A model generated the notes under the pieces. It saw only the letters and a list, made by a program, of their open reading frames with translations, was not told the origin of the DNA and did not search any database. Source: an uncultured Poribacteria bacterium (GTDB lineage: Bacteria; Poribacteria; WGA-4E; WGA-3G). Taken from it: a stretch of 64,000 nt of DNA. The position numbers and the translations under genes were made by a program. The stretch is from positions 4,384,001 through 4,448,000 of the forward strand of contig OX638351.1 of assembly GCA_951813565.1 (NCBI GenBank), given 5' to 3'. Below are positions 48,203-57,685 of the stretch, piece after piece (the stretch's first letter is position 1; every line of letters starts with the position of its first letter).

Positions 48203-50358
48203 ACAACGACATAACCTATAAGATCAGACCTGCGGGACGGCATATTCTGACTATTGGTCGAGATCTCATTCAGGATAATTATGCGGCTGTTATTGAATTA
48301 GTAAAAAACGCTTATGATGCAGATTCTCCGTATGTCAACATAGAATTTAGAGCAGCTTCTAATCTTAGTAGATATACTATCATCATCTCTGATCATGGGC
48401 ACGGTATGTCCAGAAATGATGTCATAAACAAGTGGCTTGTTCCATCAACGCAAGATAAACGTGTAAATAATAGAAGCCTTTCAGGAAGAATCATGCAGGG
48501 AAGCAAAGGAGTAGGACGTTATGCGGCTTCTATTCTTGGTGACGATCTACTGCTTGAAACTGTGACCAATAATGGTGAAAAAACAACAGTTTATGTTAAA
48601 TGGTCTGATTTTGCGAAAGCGAAATACCTAAATGATGTGGATATATTAGTTGAAACAGTGGAGACATCTGAACCTACAAGTACTGTCATAACTATCAACG
48701 GAGATGTAGAGTTACTATCGGAATGGAATAAGGATCGATTTGAAAAACTTCGATTTGAACTGAAAAAATTGACATCCCCAATGAGTAATATTCTTTCTAA
48801 TGAAGATAGCGTTGATAAATTCAGTATCAGCTTGACAGTTGAGGGATTTCCCGGTGTGGAAAATGTCAATGAAACTATTGAGCCGTACCCACTTTTTGAA
48901 CTTTTTGACTACAAAATTTCAGGCACCGTAGATGCAAACGGTGAAGTAGTGCTGACGTACTCTTCACAGAAAGCTCGAAACACTACTGAGGAAAAAATCG
49001 CTTTCAATTTAGGGAAAAAAACTGGGTGCGGCAAACTTGATATTGATATTCGCGTGTTTGACCGTGAGAAGGAAGCTATCGCTGCTTTGACTGAACGAGG
49101 ACTCAAAGAGGAATCCGAAAGTCCTTTTGGAAAGCTTACAGCAAGACAACTTCTAAATTACTACAATGGGGTTGGTGTTTATCGGAATGGATTTCGCATT
49201 CGACCACTCGGCGATGCGGGTTACGATTGGTTAAAACTGAACGCAAGGCGTGTAAATAACCCTACCCTTCGGATTGGCAATAATCAAGTAATCGGTTTTG
49301 TCCAAATTCAGTCGGCGGATGAATCCGGTTTAATTGAAAAAAGTGCAAGGGATGGACTCAAGGAAAATGCAGCTTTCAATCGGCTTCAAGAAATTACAAA
49401 GGAAGTTATATCAGAACTTGAAACAAGACGTTTCAGATACAGAAAAGACGCGGGACTGAGTCGCACCAAATTCAAAATAGAGCAGAATCTACAAGGTCTT
49501 TTTTCGTATGATGACTTAAAACAAAATGTTAAGAATCGGCTTAGTAATAAAGCCATAAGTCAGACAACCACTGAAGAAATTATTGATCTTATTGATAAAG
49601 ATGCGCAAGAAAAAAATAAGGTAGCAGAGGAAGTTCGTCAAGCTGTTGCTGTTTATCAAGGACAAGCTACCTTGGGAAAAATCATCAATGTTATTCTACA
49701 TGAAGGCAGACACCCTCTGAACTACTTCCGAAACCGAATACCTTTTCTCAAACGTAGATATGAATTATATCAAAAATATCAGAATTCGGTAGACCTTGAA
49801 AAAATCATGGATATTGTGAATGGGATTGCTTATAATTCAGAATTATTGGGAAATCTTTTTAGTAGACTTGATCCTTTGGCGGCTGCTAGACGCTCACGAA
49901 GAAAATCTTTTAAATTGAAACAGACAATTGAAAAGTGTCTTTCTGTCTTTGAAAATGAAATGAATATTCACAATATATTTCTAGAAATAATAGGGCCTGA
50001 CGACTTCAAATTTTCAGGATGGTCCCAGGACCTCTACGCGATCTTCACTAATCTGGTTGATAATAGCATTTATTGGATCTGCGAGAAAAATGTTGCCGTG
50101 CGAAAGATTAAAATTCTACTCAAAATGAAGAATAATACCCTGGATTATATTGACTACCATGACACAGGTCCTGGGATTGAACCTGATCTAATTGAAAGCG
50201 AAGTTATCTTTGAACCACACTTTTCTACTAAACCTGATGGAATAGGGCTAGGATTAGCGATCGCAGGTGAAGCAGCGGAAAGAAATGGTTTTAAATTGAA
50301 AGCTATTGAATCTGAAGAAGGAGCCCATTTTATACTTCAACCAAAAATGGAGATTTAA
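48199..50358 (+). CDS. MORC/MutL-type GHKL ATPase fused to a histidine kinase
   Basis: N-terminal 'ELVKNAYDA', 'DHGHGM', 'GSKGVGR', S5-like 'YRNGFRI'; C-terminal H-box 'ILHEGRHPL', 'NLVDNS', 'DTGPGI', 'FSTK', 'GIGLGL'. ATGA overlap with dcm. Confidence 0.9.
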   Translation: MNNDITYKIRPAGRHILTIGRDLIQDNYAAVIELVKNAYDADSPYVNIEFRAASNLSRYTIIISDHGHGMSRNDVINKWLVPSTQDKRVNNRSLSGRIMQGSKGVGRYAASILGDDLLLETVTNNGEKTTVYVKWSDFAKAKYLNDVDILVETVETSEPTSTVITINGDVELLSEWNKDRFEKLRFELKKLTSPMSNILSNEDSVDKFSISLTVEGFPGVENVNETIEPYPLFELFDYKISGTVDANGEVVLTYSSQKARNTTEEKIAFNLGKKTGCGKLDIDIRVFDREKEAIAALTERGLKEESESPFGKLTARQLLNYYNGVGVYRNGFRIRPLGDAGYDWLKLNARRVNNPTLRIGNNQVIGFVQIQSADESGLIEKSARDGLKENAAFNRLQEITKEVISELETRRFRYRKDAGLSRTKFKIEQNLQGLFSYDDLKQNVKNRLSNKAISQTTTEEIIDLIDKDAQEKNKVAEEVRQAVAVYQGQATLGKIINVILHEGRHPLNYFRNRIPFLKRRYELYQKYQNSVDLEKIMDIVNGIAYNSELLGNLFSRLDPLAAARRSRRKSFKLKQTIEKCLSVFENEMNIHNIFLEIIGPDDFKFSGWSQDLYAIFTNLVDNSIYWICEKNVAVRKIKILLKMKNNTLDYIDYHDTGPGIEPDLIESEVIFEPHFSTKPDGIGLGLAIAGEAAERNGFKLKAIESEEGAHFILQPKMEI

Positions 50359-50360
50359 AG

Positions 50361-51416
50361 GTGAGCACATTAAGGTTACTTTTAGTAGAAGATTCAGAAC
50401 AAGAGCTTGAAATCCTTAGAGATATTTCTGAAGAATACATTCACGAGAAGAAGCGAAAAATAGATATAGTCGAATGTAAAACGTTGGAGGAAGCATTAAA
50501 CACATTAGATAATTCCTTTGATGGTGCAATTATTGACTTGAAACTTGCTGACCAAGGTGATGAAGGAAATAAGATTGTAAAAAAGATTGTAGAGTCTTTT
50601 TTTCGGATTCCAATTGCTATCCTTACAGCAATCCCAGGTAATTGGGATGAAAGCTTAAATGAAGAGATTATGCTTATGGATGTTTTCGTAAAAGGTGAAG
50701 TAGAATATGTTGAAATTTTAGACAGATTTTGGGAAATTTACAATACAGGGCTCACACGTATCATGGGGGGCAGAGGCAAAATTGAGATTGCTCTCAATAA
50801 GGTTTTCCTCAAAAATCTGAAGCCACAGATAAAGACATGGATATCTTATGGTGAAGAAAATTCTGAACGAACCGAAAGATCTCTCCTCCGTTACACCCTG
50901 AATCATTTATTTCAACTTCTTGAAGAAGATGGAGAAAGTTGTTTTGTGGAGGAATTTTATTTGTCCCCACCTGCCACAGATAAGATTACCACAGGCAGTA
51001 TTGTAAAAGAAAAGACTACCGATCAACCTTTTTTAGTTCTGAGTCCGGCGTGCGATCTTGTCATTAGAAAAAATGGTAAAAGCAACACAAATTTTATTCT
51101 TTTGGCTAGTATTGAAAGTATGGACGATGTGCTCAATGGTAAAAAGAGTAAAGGTAGCGTTAAGGAACTATGTACTAATAGGCGAGCATATTACCATTGG
51201 CTACCAGAAACTAAATTTTTTGATGGTGGAATCATAAATTTCAGGAAATTAATAACTTTCCAAAAAGATGTTTTTGACGAAAATTTTGGAAAACCTACTA
51301 TTCAAATATCTCCCTTCTTCATAAAGGATATTGTATCGCGCTTTTCTTCATACTATGCACGGCAAGGTCAACCCGAAATAGATAGTGAGGATTTTATTAC
51401 CCGCTACACGTCCTGA
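50361..51416 (+). CDS. Receiver-domain protein with an uncharacterised C-terminal domain
   Basis: 'LLLVED', 'IIDLKL' (phospho-Asp), 'LTA', 'FVKG'; C-terminal 'LSPACDL...RFSSYYARQGQP'. Confidence 0.85.
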   Translation: MSTLRLLLVEDSEQELEILRDISEEYIHEKKRKIDIVECKTLEEALNTLDNSFDGAIIDLKLADQGDEGNKIVKKIVESFFRIPIAILTAIPGNWDESLNEEIMLMDVFVKGEVEYVEILDRFWEIYNTGLTRIMGGRGKIEIALNKVFLKNLKPQIKTWISYGEENSERTERSLLRYTLNHLFQLLEEDGESCFVEEFYLSPPATDKITTGSIVKEKTTDQPFLVLSPACDLVIRKNGKSNTNFILLASIESMDDVLNGKKSKGSVKELCTNRRAYYHWLPETKFFDGGIINFRKLITFQKDVFDENFGKPTIQISPFFIKDIVSRFSSYYARQGQPEIDSEDFITRYTS

Positions 51417-51826
51417 ACCCTACGCGTACCAAAGGAACGCCCATGCCCACACTTGACTTCAAAGGCAAACAATTCATATACGCACACCACCTCACCGTCC
51501 CCTTCCGCACACTGGATATAGACGACGACAAATCCCTCACAAGCGAAATCCCTCCATCATTAGACGACAACTTTATCATTCACGGTGACAACCTACACGC
51601 CTTAAAAGCACTCCTCCCGAAATACGCTGGCAAAATCAAGTGTATCTATATTGACCCGCCGTATAACACTGGTAACGAAAATTGGGTTTACAACGACAAC
51701 GTCAACAGTCCGATGATGCAAACGTGGCTTGAGAAAAATAGCCCTATAGACATTGAAGATTTAGAACGGCACGATAAGTGGTTGTGTATGATGTGGCCTC
51801 GGTTACACCTATTGCGTGAGTTGTTA

Positions 51827-52979
51827 TACCATATTAATATGATTGTTCTTGCATTTATTTTTTGGATGTGTTATTGTGATCAGATGAAAAATAAAAAACA
51901 TGGGGTTTCCCCTCACTTTTCAGTAGAAGTTCTGAAACAAAGGTATCTTGAATGTGAATGTCCTATTGAACGGACGCACTGGCATATTATTTGGCTTCTT
52001 GCTGATACCACACATCCGCGAACACCTCGCGAAGTTGCTGAGATTGTAGGATGCACGCCGGACTGGGTTCGGAAGTTGCTCAAACGCTACAACGCTGAAG
52101 GCGAAGCAGCTATGCGAGACAAACGCAAAAACAATGGACGCAAGCGTATTTTGGATGAAACACAGCAAGCAGCCCTTGAAGCTGCACTTTCTTCGCCTCC
52201 TGCTGATGGCGGTCTGTGGACAGGTCCGAAGGTGGCTGCGTGGATATCCGAGACACTCAAGCGTCCTGTCAGTAATGTGTCAGGTTGGAAATATCTCAAG
52301 CGTCTCGGTTATACTTTACAAACACCTCGTCCTCAACATCAGTCAGCTGCAACACCAGATGAGCAGCAAGCATTAAAAAAAAACTTAGGGAGCGGGTAGC
52401 TGAGCTTGAAGGTCAGCACCCGGAGAAATCGGTAGAAGTCTGGGCAGAAGACGAGGCACGCGTGGGATTATTGCCGGTTCATCGGCGTGTCTGGGCGAAG
52501 CAAGGTGAAAGACCGACAGCCTCGGTGTGTCCGTCATATAAATGGCTTTATGGTTTCGGTTTTGTCCGTCCACAGACGGGTGAGACTTATTGGCTTCTGA
52601 TGCCGAGTGTGAGTGTTGAAGTGATGAACCTTGCGTTGGCAGAGTTTGCTCGGGATGTAAACCCGGAAGGCAAGAAACAGATAATCCTCTTATTAGATCG
52701 TGCCGGTTTTCACACGGGTAAGGATTTAGATGTCCCACAAGGTATTGAGTTATTTTTTTTACCGCCGTATACACCGGAACTTCAACCTGCCGAACGGCTA
52801 TGGCCTCTGTTGCGAGAGGTGGTTGCCAATAAAGTTTTTAGAACGCTATCAGACCTTGAAGAAGTGCTTGTGAAAAGGTGTCAGTGGTTCTCCAAAAACA
52901 GAAAGAAGGTGCAAGAACATGTCGGTTTTCAGTGGATTTGCAAAATGGAAAACACAATATGACTTACGTTAATTTGGTA
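51827..52979 (+). mobile_element. IS630-family insertion sequence (1153 bp)
   Basis: TIR TACCA[T/A]ATTAA; TTA duplicated at 51824-26 and 52980-82. Confidence 0.92.
51884..52962 (+). CDS. IS630 transposase (HTH ORF plus DDE ORF, -1 frameshift at A9 run 52375-52383)
   Basis: HTH 'EVAEIVGCTPDWVRK'; DDE 'WAEDEAR', 'LDRAGFH', 'LPPYTPELQPAE.LW'. Confidence 0.9.
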
Positions 52980-54289
52980 TTATCCGATGATGGCGTCATT
53001 TTTATCTCTATTGATGATAATGAGCAGCACCGTTTGCGGATGCTCATGGATGAGATTTTTGGAGTGAGTAACTTTGTTGCTAATATTGTGTGGCATCACA
53101 GAAAATCAAGTCAAAACGATATAGATGTTTCGCTTTCTCATAATCACATACTTTGCTATGCCCTTGAAAAGTCTATATTTTCTTTCAACGCTGGAGATGT
53201 TGATGAAAGTAAATTCTCGAATCCCGATAAAGACTCTCGTGGTCCGTGGGTGGCAGATCCAATGGACGCCCCTCACATCAGGAAAAATTTGACGTACGAA
53301 ATTATCAACCCCAACACTGGCAAAATCTATCTACCTCCAGCCGGTAGACATTGGAGATTTTCTAAAGATAAGTACGAAGCCGCACTGAAAGAAAAACGAA
53401 TTATCTTTGGAAAAAGAGGAACTTCCAAGCCACAATATAAAAGGTTTCTCAGCGAAGCGCGTGAAAAAGGAGTCAATATCTTCACAATATGGAGTGATGT
53501 AGGAACTGCTACCGATGGGACTAAAGAACTTATTAACATTTTTGGTCGTGGACAAACTTTTCCAACTCCAAAGCCAACAGATTTAATTGCAAAAATAATC
53601 AGAGTATCTACAGATAAAAACGACATTATCCTTGACTCATTCGCAGGCAGCGGCACTACTGCTCACGCTGTCCTTGCCCTCAACAAAGCGGATGGCGGCA
53701 ACCGAAAGTTTATCCTTGTTGAATGTGAAGACTATGCTGACAATATCACAGCCGAACGCGTCCGTCGCGTCATAAACGGCGTTGAAAATGCCAAAGATGA
53801 AAACTTGCAGAAAGGACTCGGTGGATCCTTCACCTATTGCACACTCGGTGAAACAATTGACACTGAGGGGATGCTCACAGGTGACTCACTTCCCACATAC
53901 CAAACCTTAGCGAACTATGTCGCTTATGCGGCTACCGGCAGTAAATTGGAGATCAAAGCAAAGCAGAAAAATTACTGCTTCGGTGAAACAAAGGATATCC
54001 GATTCTATCTCATCTATGAACCGACACTTGAATTTTTAGAGAGCAATGAGTCCGCTTTAGATGCGAAACGTGCTGAGCAGATAGCTGAGGAATGTAAAGC
54101 GGCAGGCAAAAAAGCCTACGTTTATGCGTCTCATAAGTTTATGAGTCAAAAAGAACTTACGCCTATGGGTATTACCTTCTGCCAACTCCCCTATAGCATC
54201 TATCAAATCACATAACACGTATTCTTGCCTTGAATTTTATTGTTTTTTGTCCTATAATTTAGTCAAGTGTTTACTGAAGGAGTACACAA

Positions 54290-54697
54290 ATGAAGAAGGT
54301 TTTACTCTTGGCTCTCTGTTTTCTTATCTCAACGACTTGTGCGTTTGCAGAACTCACACAATCCGATTTTGAGAAGATTCAATCAATTGTTGAAAAGACT
54401 GTTGAAAAATCTGAAAAACAGATTAAGGAATATATTGATCTCAAAATTGATGCCGTTAATGCAAGAATTGATGCCGTTAATACGAACATTGATACGAAAA
54501 TTGATGCCGTTAACACAAGAATTGATGCCGTTAATGAATCTGTTGGTCGTAATTTCTACCTAATTATAGCCACGTTCATTCTAATTGTGGTTGCTGTTGG
54601 CATTCCGCAGGTAATCATAGCAATACAAAGTAAGAAATATGATAAATTGGTAGACGATGTTGAGATGTTAAAACAGCAACGTATCGCAAGTCCGTGA
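54290..54697 (+). CDS. Small secreted/membrane coiled-coil protein with IDAVN repeats
   Basis: AGGAG RBS, signal peptide, four 'IDAVN', C-terminal TM helix. Confidence 0.8.
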   Translation: MKKVLLLALCFLISTTCAFAELTQSDFEKIQSIVEKTVEKSEKQIKEYIDLKIDAVNARIDAVNTNIDTKIDAVNTRIDAVNESVGRNFYLIIATFILIVVAVGIPQVIIAIQSKKYDKLVDDVEMLKQQRIASP

Positions 54698-54801
54698 AAT
54701 TTACGCTTGTCTTGCGGGTTGAAGCAAAACCCCGTACAAAACTGCTTATTGCATCACTTTGCACTCCCCTATAGTATCTATCAAATCACAAACAGATAAA
54801 A

Positions 54802-57417
54802 ATGGAACTAAAAGAGTACCAACAACAAGCATTAGAGACTTTAGACCGCTACCTTGATGCACTGAAAGAGGCGTATCTGCAATTGGACAAAGTCGCCAAG
54901 ATTCTCTCATCAGATGAAGTCCCTGATAGTTTGAGAAATTATCCCTTTCAAGCATGGGAAAGTTTACGCAAAAAATCAGGGTTGCCGGGCGTACCAGACA
55001 AAAACGGTGAGAACCATATTCCAGAATATATTTCACGTGAGGCGGCCTCTGGCGAACTGATCCCGCATGTCTGCTTGAAAGTGCCAACAGGTGGTGGAAA
55101 GACGTTGTTAGGTGTAGGGGCGGTAAGGCGACTCAAAATCGGCACAGGATTTCTGCTCTGGATTGTGCCAACCAAAGCCATCTATTCACAAACACGAGAT
55201 GCATTTCGCAATCAAGAACATCCGTATCGACAGATTTTGGATCGCGCTTCTGGTGACCGTGTCAAGCTACTGGAAAAAGATGACAGATTTACAAAGCAAG
55301 ATGTTGAGAATCACCTCTGCGTAATGCTTTTGATGTTACCCTCCGCAAACCGAGAAAAAAACAAAGAATTTCTGAAAATATTTCGTGATAGTAGTGGTTA
55401 TGACTCCTTCTTCCCTATTGAAGACAATATTAGGAAACATCAAGCATTATCGGAGGAGCACCCAGACCTTGAAACTATAAAACTCGATGAACCAGGCCAG
55501 ATGCGTGGCATGTTCGCCGCAAATCCTGCAGATAGACTGATTAAGCAGAGCCTTATTAATGTGCTAAAATTGATACGACCGACGGTAATTTTAGACGAAG
55601 CGCACAAGGCTTACGGGAGCCAAAAAGTGGAAAATAATCGAGAGTTCGTAAAAGCAGTGAACCGCCTGAATCCTCGCTTTGTATTGGAGTTATCTGCTAC
55701 GCCGCAGCTCGGAATTAGCAACATCCTTGTCAATATCTCTGGCACAGCACTGAAAGAAGAGGAGATGATTAAAATCCCGATTCAACTCCGCAATTTTCCA
55801 AATTCCACCTGGAAATATACACTTGCTAAAGCAAAAGCAGAACGGGATAAACTGGAAGAAGCAGCAAAGCAATTTCAGCAAGCAGAAAATCGCTACATCC
55901 GTCCTATTGCAGTGATTCGTGTTGATCGTACCGGTAAAAAGCAGCGTGCCGGTGTTAAAGTGCACGCTCAAGATGCCCGCGACGAACTTATCAAGGTACT
56001 CGGTGTGCCAGAGGAACACATCAAGGTTAAATCTTCTGAACAGGATGAACTCGCTGGTGTGGATCTACTCAGTCCTTTCTGTTCTGTGCGCTACATCATC
56101 ACAAAAGATGCATTAAAGGAAGGATGGGATTGTCCGTTTGCCTACCAATTGGCACTGCTTGATAACACCACTGCACAGACCGCTATGACGCAGCTTATCG
56201 GCAGAGTCATGCGGCAACCGCATGCACGCGCAACGAATTGCTCGGAATTAGATACTTGTTATATCTACTGCTTCAATCAGAAAGTAGGAGATGCTGTTGA
56301 CAACGTCAAAAAAGGGTTAGAGGCGGAAGGGTTAACAGGGCTTGCGGAATACGTTGAAAGCATGGATGTGGAGCGTGAAAAGAAAAGTATTCAGCGCAGG
56401 AAGAAATACCGTGAGATAGATATTTTTCTGCCACAAGTAATGCACAAACATGGACGTAGTTGGGACATGCTCAATTATGAGCGTGACATTCTCAGTGCGA
56501 TTGATTGGCGTCAACTCGGAGCAGTGGAACCTGTAAATTTAGATGACCAAGAACTTTTACAAGAAATCCGCGCTACTATCCATTTGCAAGACCATGACGA
56601 ACCAGAAAAAATCATATTAGAAAATACATCGGAAAAATTGGAAATATCGTTTTTTGTTAGGCGTTTGAACGATGTTATTCCGAATCCTTGGCAAGCAGCG
56701 CGTATCGTTAAAGCCACCCTTCAAGCCTATCGGGAACAAGGCGATGATGAGGATAAGTTATTTACAAATCGGGTATATCTTTCCGAAGTCTTGAAAAACA
56801 AACTCCGTACACAGATAGATACTCTTGCAGAAACTATTTTTAGAGAGAAACTGGACGATAACAAAATTCGGTTTAGTCTTGAAACAGATGTCGCGTTGAA
56901 TTTTGAGTTGGAAAAAACGATTGAAGTTATTATCTCAAAAGACGCAAAACGTCTAACCCATTCAGATGCAAGTCCCGTGCAGCTCAACCTCTTTAACCCT
57001 GTGTATGAAGCAGAATTCAACAATTTGGAGAAAGATTTCGCGCTTTATCTGGATAAAAAAGATGCAATTCAGTGGTGGCATCGTATCGCCGCGAGACAAG
57101 GCTATTTTTTACAAGGTTGGCGGCGGGACCGTGTTTATCCTGACTTTATCGCTTGTGTGCAAGGAGACAAGAAGGGACAGCAACGTCTACTCATTTTTGA
57201 AACCAAGGGGCAACACCTTGAAGGCAACAGCGACACCACCTACAAACAAGAACTTATCAAGACATTAGAGTCAGCGTATAAAAACGCTACAGAATACGGG
57301 ACAATGGAAGCTGCCGGCCCTAATGACAAACCTATGTCTTTTCGCATGTTGCTTGAGGACACTTGGTGTGAGACTGTTAATGAGACGATAGATGACTACT
57401 CTGCATCGTCACAATAA
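54802..57417 (+). CDS. res: Type III restriction endonuclease Res subunit (SF2 helicase plus PD-(D/E)XK)
   Basis: 'LKEYQ', 'PTGGGKT', 'DEAH', 'SAT', 'EGWD', 'QLIGRVMR', 'PDF...ETKG'. Confidence 0.93.
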   Translation: MELKEYQQQALETLDRYLDALKEAYLQLDKVAKILSSDEVPDSLRNYPFQAWESLRKKSGLPGVPDKNGENHIPEYISREAASGELIPHVCLKVPTGGGKTLLGVGAVRRLKIGTGFLLWIVPTKAIYSQTRDAFRNQEHPYRQILDRASGDRVKLLEKDDRFTKQDVENHLCVMLLMLPSANREKNKEFLKIFRDSSGYDSFFPIEDNIRKHQALSEEHPDLETIKLDEPGQMRGMFAANPADRLIKQSLINVLKLIRPTVILDEAHKAYGSQKVENNREFVKAVNRLNPRFVLELSATPQLGISNILVNISGTALKEEEMIKIPIQLRNFPNSTWKYTLAKAKAERDKLEEAAKQFQQAENRYIRPIAVIRVDRTGKKQRAGVKVHAQDARDELIKVLGVPEEHIKVKSSEQDELAGVDLLSPFCSVRYIITKDALKEGWDCPFAYQLALLDNTTAQTAMTQLIGRVMRQPHARATNCSELDTCYIYCFNQKVGDAVDNVKKGLEAEGLTGLAEYVESMDVEREKKSIQRRKKYREIDIFLPQVMHKHGRSWDMLNYERDILSAIDWRQLGAVEPVNLDDQELLQEIRATIHLQDHDEPEKIILENTSEKLEISFFVRRLNDVIPNPWQAARIVKATLQAYREQGDDEDKLFTNRVYLSEVLKNKLRTQIDTLAETIFREKLDDNKIRFSLETDVALNFELEKTIEVIISKDAKRLTHSDASPVQLNLFNPVYEAEFNNLEKDFALYLDKKDAIQWWHRIAARQGYFLQGWRRDRVYPDFIACVQGDKKGQQRLLIFETKGQHLEGNSDTTYKQELIKTLESAYKNATEYGTMEAAGPNDKPMSFRMLLEDTWCETVNETIDDYSASSQ

Positions 57418-57685
57418 CGGATCAGTCGCATGAGTAAATCTCTCTTCCAACCTACAATTCCTTATAGAATGGACAAGTTTTTCCTGCTTCTGCTTTCCTT
57501 GACGTAAGGAAGTCCCTTCTTTATGTCTAACCCTCCTATTTCTTTAAGCATTTGCCTTTTTCAAGCGTTACAACGTTCAATCACAATTCATTGTGTTGTC
57601 TTAGCAATTAGTCTTAAATTATGTTGCGTCCTTATTATTTGCATAAGTCCTGAAGTTTTTAGAAGTAATACACAGAACAACATTT

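Larger units (their letters stand above)
51443..54215 (+). pseudogene. mod: Type III R-M Mod (N6-adenine methyltransferase) interrupted by IS630
   Basis: 5' part 'IHGDNL', 'IYIDPPY'; 3' part 'IFISIDDNE', 'PKP', 'DSFAGSGTT'. Removing the IS restores ...RELLSDDGVIF. Confidence 0.92.

Noticed and set aside
51443..52399. Natural methyltransferase-HTH fusion gene
   Set aside because: Created by the IS630 insertion at 51827.
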